55,486 nt of DNA. Origin: Prorocentrum cordatum. Lineage: Eukaryota. Shown piece after piece: positions 1 to 12,200 of the stretch. Numbering within the stretch: position 1 is the stretch's first letter; each line of letters opens with the position of its first letter. Both the position numbers and the translations under genes were made by a program. The notes under the pieces were generated by a model. The model worked only from the letters and a program-made list of their open reading frames with translations, was not told the DNA's origin and did no database searches. Where the stretch lies: positions 62,001-117,486 of the forward strand of contig CAUYUJ010000155.1 of assembly GCA_963575745.1 (NCBI GenBank). Direction: 5' to 3'.

Positions 1-378
1 CTGGAGTCGGGAAGAACGGAACCGAAGTCGGGAAAATAATGGGCTGGTTACGTGTCGCTTCGTTGCAAGGGTCGGAGACAGGAGGGCCAGAGGCGGAGAG
101 GCGGGAGAGCCCAAGTCGGACAGACGGCCCTTGCAGCCGGAGTCGGAGAGAAACGATGTGGAGTAGGAAGCATGGGTTAGGTACGTGTCCTGGGACGCAC
201 AAGAACATACTGACACTATGTGTCCTCCTTGGAGGCGTGCGTCCGACTCAACCATATAGTATGACCATCTTGTCGTAGACTGTTTCCCGGACGGTATGGC
301 CAGAAGGCGCCCGCCACGGAGCTTATGCACTGAGGTTTCTCGGCGCGCGCGTCGTCCCTGGGGGAGCGACGCACAAGG

Positions 379-510
379 GGGAGGAGGAGGAGGAGGAGGA
401 GGAGGAGGAGGAGGAGGAGGAGGAGGAGGAGGAGGAGGAGGAGGAGGGGGAGGAGTAGGGGAGGAGGAGGGAGGGGAGGAGGAGGAGGAGGAGGAGGAGG
501 AGGAGGAGGA
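379..510 (+). repeat. (GGA)n microsatellite
   Basis: Seen directly in the sequence. Confidence 0.97.
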
Positions 511-779
511 ATAGGAAGATACCCCCACGTTGGGATGATGCCGATGTCAACTCGCTCCAGAGCGGAAGCTGGGGTCAGAAAAGTGGGAGCCGCAATCGAA
601 AACATAGCTGGTCTCGGAGAGGTGCGTCGAGCGGCAGAGCTGGAGTCCTCAAGCTGCGTCGGATCCTGCAGCTTGTCACAGGCCTCAGGAGTACGACAGC
701 AGTACACATGTTTGCCCTAGTTGCTGATCGGTCGCAGCTGATAACCACAATGCGTTGTGTTCCTGGTCGTCGGCGCATT

Positions 780-2090
780 CGTGAATGTCCCTGGTGCGTA
801 GGCAAAGGCTGATGTTGTCTGCCCACCGCTTCCGCCGTGGTCTTCCGTGCCGTCGCTGTGCTGGGCGTGCGTCGTGTGCGGCTGGCTCCCACGAGCAGGT
901 TGAGGATGTCTATCTGTCGGACCTGTGCGCTGCCACACGGGATACCCACCACCATTCTCGCTTGAAGCCTGAAGCTCTCCATTCATCCACTTGCGCTCGA
1001 GATGCATGCTGGGCTGCTTCGCGTGTGGCTCTTCGCACTGAGTCGATCCACGGTTCCCGCCCGTCGCCCAACCACTCGTCTGTGCTGTCGGCTGGGTGGT
1101 CGGTGTTGTTTGCACTGTTGGTGTCGGCGGTGACGCGTCGGCGGTGGCGGCCGTGGTCGGAAGTGTCGGGGGCGTGCTGGCAGCAGTCGGTGCGCCGCCG
1201 CGGCACACCCGTGACACGCCTGAGCATGTTCAGTCGGACCCGCCTGAGAACAGCGAACATATTTCTGGTGATGGCTCATGCCAACCGTACACCACGGATG
1301 GCGTGACAGAGCCGTTGAGAGGCTTCAGTCTACACGCGTTTGTCAGTTCGTAACGAAGTGGGTTGAAGCGAGCTCACCCTGCGGCAATCCTGTTGCGTAG
1401 TGCTGCATCGCGAACGTCGAGGAAAATTAGCGTTCTATGTATATATGTATATATATATATATGTACCGACGCTATCGCCGTTAATCTCGACAGTGATTGT
1501 CTTGCCTCCCCTCTGGCTGATATTTGTCAGGATCTTGATGTTGTTCGGGTGTAGGGATAGACTGCATTTGGCTGCATAGGTTTGCGCGTCTCGAAGTCTG
1601 TAGGTAAACTGTCGCAGGCTGAGGGCGTAGAGCAGCACGTCGTCGGCGAAACGCAAAGTTGTGATCCGCATCTGCGGTGCGAAGCCAAGTTGAATCCCGA
1701 AGTTCTTGCGAAGCCTGAATGTCTTCGCTTGTCTGAATACATGCTCGACGATGGCGTTGAAGAAGAAAGAGCCTAGTGGGTCTCCTGGCTTAACGCCCGG
1801 TTCGATGTTGAAGGCTCTGCTGCCGGTATATGTTCGGACTGTAGCTGTTTGGGTGCTGTACAACTGCTTCAAGAAGGTGGTGCACGCGGATGGGATATGC
1901 TATTGTCGAAAACGTCCCATAAGCATTCGTGGTCCACGCAATCGGATGCTGTCCTGAAGTCTACCGCGACAGCCCAGAGATGCAGTAGCTGCCACTCGTG
2001 AGAGCTCTCGTGCAGCTTTATAATGGTAAACCTGTTGCATTCCGACCAGTAGCCTCTGCGAAAACCTGCTTGGTCGGGGCATTGTTGCCT
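780..2090 (-). mobile_element. Degenerate non-LTR (LINE) retrotransposon fragment: RT domain, thumb and C-terminal region
   Basis: Minus-strand reading gives QAGFRRG...AVDFRTASDCVDH (1869-2090), GVKPGDPLG...LRFADDVLL (1435-1872), then LRNRIAAG*ARF...VTPSVVYG and EPWIDSVRRATREA...WWWVSRVA. It has frameshifts, a stop and a (TA)n insertion at ~1440-1462. Confidence 0.9.
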
Positions 2091-2369
2091 GGTCGTGGAG
2101 AGGAGGAGGAGGAAGAGGAGGAGGAGGAGGAGGAGAAGGAAAAGGGGGAAGGAGCTTTTTTGACGGGAGTGCGCCGTGATACAGAAAGGAGGGGGGAGGG
2201 AGGAGGGAGGAGGGAAGAAAAGGAGAAGGGGGGGGGAGGAAGGCCAGGGTAAACCCAGGAGGGCCAAAGAGTCCGAATTTTAAGTACGTGACAGGCCGGC
2301 TGGTCGTTCACTGGGCGAAGACGTGGAATGGGAGGGGAGGGAGGGAGGGGGAGGCAGGGGGAGGGAGGC

Positions 2370-3215
2370 AAGCTAGGGGCACTCGCATCATGTCTGACGT
2401 CCTACCCCTCCCTCCCATCCCTTATCATGGCGCAGGTATCCTCTCTATTCACACAGTCGGATGTCGAGCAGGGCAAAGATCGCGAGAGGGTACGCGATGC
2501 ATGGTAGAGCACGGCATGGCATGGCGTAGAAGAGCACGGCAGAGCGCAGCATGCCGTAGCATGGCGTGGCAGTGCGCAGTGAAGCATTGCATCACATCAC
2601 ACAGCATTGCAACGCAAAGCATGGCATTGCACAGCGGCGCAGAGCACAAACAACACCGCACAGCATGTCATGGCATGGCGCCGGGTTGCTTGGAGGGAGA
2701 GTGGATCGTCTTCGAGAGGTCTGGGCTGGTCTGGAATCTTGGCTCCATGTCTTGCTCCCTGGGCTCCCAGAAAAGCTCCACACAAGGCGGGGCTGGCTGG
2801 CTTTGCTTCAACACGCCTTCTCAAAGCAGAAACAGGGCTCCCGCTTGATACTTCCTGAACACGACGACGCCCCAAAGTAGGGGGGGGGCTTCTGCGGCAC
2901 AAAAAATCAACGAATCGACACCGAACGTGTAATCACTTCCGATGGTTTTTTCGGGGGCATCTTCTAGATTTTGAAGCCTACTTGGAAGGACCGAAAACGC
3001 CCGCGCTGCAGCGCAAGCACGATTTGGAATAGTAGCAACCAGAGGCGCAGAAATGGGGCCAGCGCTTCAGCGGGAGCAACCTTTTGAAAAAAAACGAAAG
3101 CGAAAACCCATTTCCCGAGAATCCTGTGTAAAAACGGTACGCGGAGGACATCTTCCGGACGTCATCAGGGGAGAGAGGAGAGTAGCATTCATAAGTTCAA
3201 ACTGTGAAGGGCAAG
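2370..3215. repeat. Interspersed element copy 1 (conserved end blocks around a 5-mer-repeat core)
   Basis: Block 2372-2450 (…TGACGTCCTACCCCTCCCTCCCATCCCTTATCATGGCGC…) matches 4045-4122. Block 3051-3215 (…GAATCCTGTGT…CATCAGGGGA…GAGAGTAG…TGTGAAGGG) matches 4764-4918. Confidence 0.75.
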
Positions 3216-4039
3216 GAGAGAAGGAGGGGCGGGAGGGGAGGGGAAGGGGGAGGGGAAGGGGGAGGGGAAGGGGGGGAGGGAGGTAGGGAAGCAGAGAGGG
3301 GGAAGGATGGAGGGAGGGATAGATCAGCATCGAGTCGGGAAATCGATCGAATCGGAACGTGCGTCGGCGAGGGCTGCATCGCACGGAGCCGAAACCGAAT
3401 CGGATCGGCCGCGCAGTGATGCCTAACAACGCCACGCAAGCATCGGGCCGTATCAGGATCGACGGGAACATTGAAATAGGATCGGATCGGGCCAGATCAA
3501 AATCGGCATCGAATCGGATCGATCGGATCGAAATGACCCTGGCCGTAGGGGAGGAGGAGGGGAGGGGAGGGAGGGAGGGAGGGAGGGAGGGAGGGGAGAG
3601 AGGGGAGGGAGGGAGGAGGGCAGATGAGAGGAGGGCTGAGGAAAGGGCGGGGAGGGGGGGGGGCAGGGAGGGGGAGGGAGAGAGGGAGGGAGGGAGCGCG
3701 GGAGGGAGGGAAGGAGGGGGGGAGGGGGAGGGAGTGGCGGAGGGAGGGGGTGAGGGAGGGAGGGGAGGGAACACCCCTCTTTTGAACGCAAACCGCAAGC
3801 AGCAGAAAGAAGCGTCCAGAGGGCGTCCTCCCAGGGGCCACAGCGGCAGCCGCTGGGGTCGGGCCGGGGGCGGTCAACAAGCAACACAGCGGCGGCGGGG
3901 GAGTGCGGCAACAACGAACACGCAGTATTGGGCCACGGGCGCGGATCGCCTGTGGCCTAGGAGGGAGGGGAGGGGGGGGAGGGGGAGGCGGGAAGAGAGG
4001 GGCAGGGGGAGGGGGAAGGGGAGGGAGGGATGGGGGAGG

Positions 4040-4920
4040 GCAAGTTAGGTGCGCTCGCGTCAACATCTGACATCCTACCCCTCCCTCCCATCCCTTACCA
4101 TGGCGCTGATTTTCTCTATCCGCGGACGCGTGTCGTAGCGGACCTGTGGCTCCGCGCGCGTGTGCGTAGTGGGTGGTGGTGCGCGTGCGTGCGTGCGTGT
4201 GTGCGTGGTTGTGGTTGTTGTGGTGGTGGTGTGTATGTGTGTGTGTGCGTGTGTGCGCGTGTGCTGTGGTGTGACGTGGTGTGGCGTCTTGGTGGTTTGG
4301 TGGTGGGCCAGGTGCGTACGTGCGTGATGGCGGAGGTGGTGGTGGTGGTGGTGGCGGTGGTGGTGTGTGTGTGTGTGTGTCTGTGTGAGCGTGTGTGTGT
4401 GTGTGCGTGTGTATGTGTGTGTGTGTGTGTGCGTGCGTGCGTGTGTGTCTGTGTGTGCGCGCGTGTGATGTGGTGTGACGCGGTGTAGCGTGGTGGTGGT
4501 GGGTGGGGTAGTGCGGTGGTGGTGGCGGTGCGCGGTGGTGGTGCGCGTGCGTGCGTGCGTGCGTTGGTGGGTGGAAGTGGCGGTGGGTGTGCGTGCGGCG
4601 GGGCGGGGCGTGGTGCGGCGCGGTGGTGGCGGGCGGATGGGCGCGCGAGAAAGAGGCCCGCGCTGGGGCGAGAACGCCATCCTGAACGACGGAGGCAAAA
4701 CACCGATCCGAAAATGAGGCCCACGCTGCAGCGGGAGCACGATTCGGAACGATTCGGGAGCAGAAATGAGGCCCCCCCCAAAAAAAACGCAGGCGAAAAC
4801 CCAACTCCCGGGAATCCTGTGTGTAAAAAACAAAACGCGGGGGGGGTCGAATATTCCCAGCACGCCATCAGGGGAAGAGGGAGAGTAGTATTCATATTGA
4901 GTAATTGTGAAGGGGGAGGG
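4040..4920. repeat. Interspersed element copy 2 (GT/GGT microsatellite core)
   Basis: Same two end blocks as 2370-3215, in the same order and orientation. Confidence 0.75.
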
Positions 4921-5666
4921 GGAGGGGGAGTGGGCTAGGGAGTTCGGTGGTACTTCATGGGAGCCTCCCATACCATCTTGTCGGCTCTTGCGAGGGGACG
5001 GAGGGGGGAGGGAGCAAGGAGGGAGGGAGAGAGGGAGGGGATGGGAGGGGGGAGGGAGGGAGGGGTCTGTGCAGTTGACTTCTGTGGTGGGGCCGTCGTC
5101 CGACGACACCCTCAGCACCCCCTGCGCACCCTCTCGCTCCGACAGCTTCTAGCTGCTGTGCAGCACGGCACGGCACCGCAGCCCCGCTCCATGCCGCAGC
5201 CGGGAGAGCCCCACCTGCTGGGATCCCCCTCCCCTCGTGCCAGAGCCAGGGCACACGCGTGCCACTCGCTTCGGAGAGATGCTCACTCTGGGGACCTTCC
5301 TGGAGACACGCGCTCCACTCATGCGTCGAAGCTGCGTCGAACGTCCGTCGATGTGAGGCGGCCCTGAGTCGACCCTGAGTCTAACCAGAGTCGAACTTGG
5401 GTCGAACTTGAGCCGAACTGGGGTCGAACCAGAGTCGAACAGATCCGTTGGGCGGGCCCCGAGAGGGTCCCCAAAACGAGCATCTAAGTCTGCCACTCCG
5501 CGGCCCCATGCAGAGCACCCGACTCCTTGCCGTCACGGCTGCACGCTGGATGGCCCCAGAGCTCGAACAAACGGCCCCTGGGGGCCGAAACCGAGGAAAA
5601 GTTTTTGTTGTTGCTGATCAAAAAGAAAACATCAAAAAGCAAAAAAAAAAAAGGTCTGCGGGGAGG

Positions 5667-5780
5667 GCGTCCTCCGAACTCGCCCCTGGCGTCGAAGAGG
5701 CACAGGTCCTCTGGCCGCACCGCGGCAGAGTCCACGGCGAGGCGCCAGGCCGCGTACACGCCGGCCCAGCCGGCGCCGAC
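5667..5780 (-). CDS. Exon encoding the N-terminal FAD-binding Rossmann motif of a flavin oxidoreductase (amine oxidase-like)
   Basis: After an AG, the frame reads VGAGWAGVYAAWRLAVDSAAVRPEDLCLFDARGEFGGR. This contains GxGxxG, an acidic residue at the end of beta2, and the GGR motif. The donor boundary is uncertain. Confidence 0.7.
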
Positions 5781-6807
5781 CTCGCGGGGGCGGCGCTGGC
5801 AGAGTCGGACTTCATTGGACAGGACAGGAGGCATGGGTCACGAGACGCAGGACACAAGGGTACCCTTGATTTGGCAGGGTCGACCTACTAATCTGGGCCG
5901 AGTGTATGGAGGGAAAGAAACCGAGAACCGTGACCCGAACGCGGAAACGTCGGTGTCAATGCTGGTAATCATCCATCTTGACCATCGTCCCTTCGTGGAG
6001 CATCCTCACGAATCGGCGGGCATGGACCATGACCGAGATCGGCGTCGACCAGGTCCCTCGACGCCTTGTTCATAGTCCCTCGTTGGTTGCTGTGAGGGAC
6101 TGCCTCTAGAGAAGTGGCCAGGAATCCACTCCAAGCGTGAAGGTCAATGTTGAAGTCACACCTGGAGCGTGGCCTGGCTGGGCTGACCAGAGTCGGGACT
6201 TGCGGAACCACATGAGTTTCATCAGTGGTATCCTGGATGATTGTATCGTAAGGGGTCGCGGATGCAGCTCACGCCACCTGTGGAGGCTTCTATAAAGATG
6301 GGCCCTTGAACTCTGACACAAAAAAAAACATCTTTCTCAATTTTCAGCCTCGCCCAGCCCCCGAACCGTAAAAAAAAAACTCGGTGTAAAAAAAGTCGCC
6401 AGACGCACCCAGGCTGTTATTGGCATTGGTGGCATGTCACCTTACACCTGGAGACCTGAAGGAGCAGCAACAATTCGTTTGAGGAGAAGGTAAGACTCAC
6501 GCCGATCGCATCTCCAGCTACCCCGAGATCCGACGTCGTGGAGGCAAGGCGCACCACCTCGAAAGAGCAGAGTGCTGAGGCCCTCGACCACATCATCATC
6601 CCAGCCTCCCTCGAGCCCGACTGAGCTGCGAAGGGCCCCGGGGCCCGAGACGTGGCGAGGGCGCCCGTCGTGTTTGGTCCGGGGCACCCGGAGCTGAGGG
6701 AGGCATGGGACGCAGAGGGCCATTGCTGGTACTGGGCGCCCACCTTGGAGGCGCAGGTCCGAATCGAACAGAATGTCCAAGCATTATACAACGTACGCAT
6801 ATTTGTG

Positions 6808-7477
6808 TGATGATGATGCTGATGATGATGATAATACTAGTTCTAATAATAATAATAATAATAATGATAATAATAATAATGATTATGATAATAATAATAA
6901 TAATAAAAATAATAATATAAATAATATAAGAATAAAAAACAAAAATAATAATAATAATACTGATGATGATGATGATGGTGATGTAGGTTGTGATGGTGAT
7001 GGTGATGGTGATGGTGGTGATGATGGTGATGGTGGTGGTGATGGTGATGGTGATGGTGATGGTGATGGTGGTGGTGATGGTGATGGTGGTGGTGATGGTG
7101 GTGGTGATGGTGATGGTGGTGGTGATGGTGATGGTGATGGTGATGGTGATGGTGATGGTGATGATGATGATGATGATGATGATGATGGTGATGATGGTGA
7201 TGGTGGTGGGGATGGTGGTGGTGATGGTGGTGGTGATAGTGATGGTGATGCTGATGATGGTGTGGTGATGATGATGATGATGGTGATGATGATCATGGTG
7301 ATGATGGTGATGATGATGATGATGATGATGGTGGTGGTGATGATGATGATCATGACGATGATGATGGTGATGATGATGATGATGATGGTGTGGTGATGGT
7401 GATGGTGGTGGTGATGGTGATGGTGATGGTGATGGTGATGGTGGTGGTGGTGATGGTGATGGTGGTGGTGGTGATTG

Positions 7478-7509
<32 letters not shown>

Positions 7510-7595
7510 CTGGTGATGATGATGGTGGTGATGGTGATGATGGTGATAATGATGATTGTGATGGTGATGGTGGTTATGACGATGATGCTGACGAC
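6808..7595 (+). repeat. Compound microsatellite (GAT)n-(AAT)n-(GGT/GAT)n
   Basis: Seen directly in the sequence. Confidence 0.95.
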
Positions 7596-7779
7596 GATAT
7601 TCGCTACCCTGGCGGTATGGCCAGAAAGAGCCCACCACCGAGCACGTGCTGCTGATCTCCGAGCGCGCGCGTCGCCCCAAGGGGGGTGGGGGACAAAGGG
7701 GGGCCCGCGCACACGCCCACAGCTAGACGAGCGCGCTCCACGACTCGCAAAGCAACTACTCTTAAGTCGGGCGTGTCCC

Positions 7780-7905
7780 CCTACAGGGGGATTTTCGACG
7801 AAAAGTTAAGAAAAATACCCCAAAAATACCCCCAAATGGTAAAAAAAATATCAAAAAATAGTCCCCCGACTATTTTTTGATTATTTTTGATGTTTCCCCT
7901 GTAGG
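7780..7905. repeat. Small nested inverted-repeat element
   Basis: Outer IR CCTACAGGGG (7780-7789) / CCCCTGTAGG (7896-7905). Inner perfect 14-bp stem ATCAAAAAATAGTC-cccc-GACTATTTTTTGAT (7850-7881). Confidence 0.8.
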
Positions 7906-8599
7906 ATGGGGTTTGGGGTTGGGGTTGCCCGCAGCATGTCCACGGTCGCGTGATGAGAAGGGGCCCCGGGACGCACAAATAAATAGACACAAAGAACCGG
8001 ATTCCCGATATTTTCCTGTATTTCCTGGGTTTTGTCTTCCCCCCCGGTTCTACATCCTGCGATGCTTCTTGATGGTCCCGGGGCCCGGCGAGGGCCCCCA
8101 CAGAGGCCGAGAGCGGTGAAACACTTCCGCATGGAATGTTCCATCGTGGCCAACTCTGCATTCTTCGCAATGACGCCAGTGACCAGCCCCGCCCTCCCAC
8201 ACCACCCCTCTCCCCCCCCCCTGGTCACGTCACGACTCGCGACGGCGCCGTCTGTGAATCCCACGAGCCATCTGGGCGTGAGTGTTTCAGGGAGTTTCCT
8301 CCTCCAGCTTCCCTCCTCCACTTCGGGGAGGGGCGCATCACTGCTCCTTACCAACAAACACCCCCTCGCCCAGGCGACCGGCAGCGAACTCGGACCAATG
8401 AGACCCCCCCCACCATCCCTTGTCCGCCACCGTGCCTCTGGGCGAGGAGTGGGCGTGTCCTCAGGTCCGCTGCCCAATCCCCTGAGCCTCAGCCGTCACT
8501 CCTGAAGAGCCTCTCAGGGGCCCAGAACCCGAATTGCCGCGATTCCCCTGGGGCTTGCCGCGGTTCCCCTGGGGCTTGCCGCGTCTCGTCGCGTGACTC

Positions 8600-9274
8600 G
8601 TGACCTTTTTCGGGCCCAAGAGGGGCCCCGAGGGTCACGAGAGGCCTCGAAGACGGCCCCAGACCGCCTCGAGTCGCGGTGAGATCGGCCTCAGACGCTC
8701 CAGATGGCCCCTAGAGAGGCCGAGAGGCCCCCAAGACGCCCCAAGAGACCTCCAAGAGGCCTCCGAAGAGGGCACCGAGAGGCCACAGTCATTGATTGCC
8801 CTTGGGTTTTTGATGGATTGTCGCGTTCCCGCCTTGTCGGCTCTCCCACGCTACAAGACGGCCCAAGGCGCTTCCAAGACCGCCCCAAGACGGTCCAAGA
8901 GGGCCCCAAGAGGGCCCCCAGACGGCCCAAGAGGGCCCCAAAACAGCCCAAGAGCCGCCCAAGACGCGCCAAGAGGGGCCAAAAAGATTGAATACGAACC
9001 GAACATCCGAGCCCCCAGCCCCAAGAGGCCCCCAGGAGGCCCCAAGAATCGCCCAGGAGGCCGCACGAGGCCCCCTGAGAGGCCCCCAAGAGTCCTCAAG
9101 AGGCCCCCGATAGACCCAAAAGAGGCCCCAAGAGGCCCGCAAACGGCCTCCTAGAGGCGTCCAAAATGCCTCCAGAAGGCCCCCGAGAAGCCTCCCCCGA
9201 GATCCCAACTAACACCCAATAGGCTGCATCCCCACAACCCAAGCACGGTGGCATGACGGGCCGAAGGCCGCTAG
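8600..9274 (+). mobile_element. Satellite-cored non-autonomous element with a Helitron-like 3' end
   Basis: CCCAAGA(G/C)GG-type core. It ends in the hairpin GGCC-GAA-GGCC (9259-9269) followed by CTAG (9271-9274). The 5' end is not defined. Confidence 0.5.
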
Positions 9275-9275
9275 A

Positions 9276-12200
9276 CCTGGCCCGGCACAGAAACGGAAAG
9301 AGCGCTTCAGAAACAGAAACCGAAATTTCTCACACCACCGTTCGTACTGGGAGCCTTGGCGTTGAGAGCTTGTTACGTCACCCCTCGCTCTTGGGAGCCT
9401 TGGTGTTCAGAGATTGTTGCGTTGCCGCCCGTTCCTGAGCCTTGGCTGGGCCTTGGTGTCAGGAACTTGTTACGTCACCGCTCTCTGCTGGGAGCCTTGG
9501 TCTTATCAGCTTGTTTACGTCACCGTTCGCTCTTGGGAGCCTTGGTGTGAAGAGCTTTTTGCGTTACCGATCGCTCTCTATTTGGCGTCTCTGGGCCTTC
9601 TTGGGAGTCCTATTGGGGCCCTTGTCGGGCCCTTTTGGAGGCCTCTTGGGAACCTCTTGGGGGCCTCTTGGGGCTTCTTGGGGGGCTCTGGGGGCCTCCT
9701 GGGAGCGTCTTGGGGCGAAAGGCTAGACTTTTCGGTTCGTGGTCCCCCTCTTGGGGCCGTCTTGGGGCCCTCTTGGGCCGTCTTGAGCGCCTCTTGGGCC
9801 GTCTTGGGGCGCCCTCTTGGGCCGTTTTGGGGGCCTCTTGGGCCGTCTTGGGGCGGTCTTGGGGGCCTCTTGGGCCGTCGTCAACGCCGTGAAAGCCGAC
9901 AAAGCGCATATGCTAAAAATATACGTTTTCCGATGGAAAATCTATGATTTCGGCCTCTTGGGGCCCTCTTGGGACGCCCCTTGGGCGCCTCTTGGGGGCC
10001 TCTTGGGGGCCTCTTGGGCCGTCTTGGGCGGTCTTGGGCTCTCTTGGAGCGCTCTTGGGCCGTCTTGGGGGGGAACCCGAAAAACATGCAAAAACCCAGG
10101 GAAAACCCGAAAACGGCCATTAACACCAAATGCGCACGCTACCCCCCTCCCCTGGAACCCCTCCCTTTAGGGCTTCGCCCACACCAGAACGTCATCACTC
10201 GTACCTCGCTCTTTCCGTTACCTGGCCCGGCACAGAAACGGAAAGAGCGCTTCAGAAACAGAAACCGAAATTACTCACACCACCGTTCGTACTGGGAGCC
10301 TTGGCGTTGAGAGCTTGTTACGTCACCCCTCGCTCTTGGGAGCCTTGGTGTTCAGAGATTGTTGCGTTGCCGCCCGTTCCTGAGCCTTGGCTGGGCCTTG
10401 GTGTCAGGAACTTGTTACGTCACCGCTCTCTGCTGGGAGCCTTGGTCTTATCAGCTTGTTTACGTCACCGTTCGCTCTTGGGAGACTTGGTGTGAAGAGC
10501 TTTTTGCGTTACCGATCGCTCTTTATTTGGCGTCTCTGGGCCTTCTTGGGAGTCCTATTGGACCCCTTGTCGGGCACTTTTGGAAGCCTCTTGGGAACCT
10601 CTTGGGGGCCTCTTGGGGCTTCTTGGGGGGCTCAGGGGGCCTCCTGGGAGCGTCTTGGGGCGAAAGGCTAGACATTTCGGTTCGTGGTCCCCCTCTTGGG
10701 GCCGTCTTGGCGCCCTCTTGGGCCGTCTTGAGCGCCTCTTGGGCCGTCTTGGCGCCCTCTTGGGCCGTTTAGGGGGGCCTCTTGGGAGCCTCTTGGGCCG
10801 TCTTGGGGCGGTCTTGGGGGCCTCTGGGGCCGTCGTCAACGCCGTGAAAGCCGACGAAGCGCATATGCTAAAAATATACGTTGTCCTATCGAAAATCTAT
10901 GATTTCGGCCTCTTGGGGCCCTCTTGGGACGCCCCTTGGGCGCCTCTTGGGGGCCTCTTGGGGGCCTCTTGGGCCGTCTTGGGCGGTCTTGGGCTCTCTT
11001 GGAGCGCTCTTGGGCCGTCTTGGGGGGGAACCCGAAAAACATGCAAAAACCCAAGGGAAAACCCGAAAACGGCCATAACACCCAAATGCGCACGCTACCC
11101 CCTCCCCTGGAACCCCTCCCTTTAGGGCTTCGCCCACACCAGAGCGTCATCACTCGTACCTCGCTCTTTCCGTTACCTGGCCCGGAACAGAAACGGAAAG
11201 AGCGCTGCAGCAACAGAAACCGAAATTACTCACACCACCGTTCGTACCGGGAGCCTTGACGTTGAGAGCTGGTTACGTCACCCCTCGCTCGTGGGAGCCT
11301 TGGTGTTCAGAGATGGTTGCGTTGCCGCCCATTCCTGAGCCTTGGCTGGGCCTTGGTGCCAGGAACTTGTTACGTCACCGCTCTCTGCTGGGAGCCTTGG
11401 TCTTATCAGCTTGTTTACGTCACCGTTCGCTCTTGGGAGCCTTGGTGTAAAGAGCTTTTTGCGTTACCGATCGCTCTTTATTTGGCGTCTCTGGGCCTTC
11501 GTGGGAGTCCTATTGGGGCCCTTGTAGAGCCCTTTTGGAGGCCTCTTCGGGGCCTCTTGGGGGCCTCTTGGGGCTTCTTGGGGGTCTGTGGGGGCCGCCT
11601 GGAGCGTCTTGGGGCGAAAGGCTAGACTTTCGGTTTCGTGGTCCCCCTTGGGGCCGTCTTGGGGCCCTCTTGGGCCGTCTTGGGCGCCTCTTGGGCCGTC
11701 TTGGCGCCCTCTTGGGCCGTTTGGGGGGCCTCTTGGGAGCCTCTTGGGCCGTCTTGGGGCGGTCTTGGGGGCCTCTTGGACTGTCGTCAACGCCGCGAAA
11801 GCCGAAAACCCGGGTATGCTAAAAATGTACGTTTTCCCGTCGGAAACCGATGATTTTGGCATCCTGGTGGCCTCGCGGGACGCCTCTCGGGGGCTTCTTG
11901 GGGCTGCTTGGGGGGCTGTAGGGGCCTCCCGGGAGCGTCTTGAGGCGATAGGCTAGACTGTTCGGTTCGTGGTCCCCCTCTTGGGGCCGTCTTGGGGCCC
12001 TCTTGGGCCGTCTTGAGCGCCTCTTGGGCCGTCTGGGAGCCCTCTTGGGCCATTTGGGGGGCCTCTTGGGAGCCTCTTGGGCCGTCTGGGGGCGGTCTTG
12101 GGGGCCCCAAGGCCGTCGTTAACGCCGTGAAAAGCGAAAAGTCGTATATGCTAAAAATAAATGTTTTCCTCTGGAAAACAACTGTGAGTTTGGCCTCTTG

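Noticed and set aside
7600..7690. 5S rRNA or HDV-like ribozyme on the minus strand (GGCCATACCG; GG…CGAA)
   Set aside because: Similarity to 5S is limited to about 10 nt. The HDV-like elements are not conserved in the second copy at 285-365.
7906..7928. Telomere-like GGGGTT repeats
   Set aside because: Only about three imperfect units, and not TTTAGGG.
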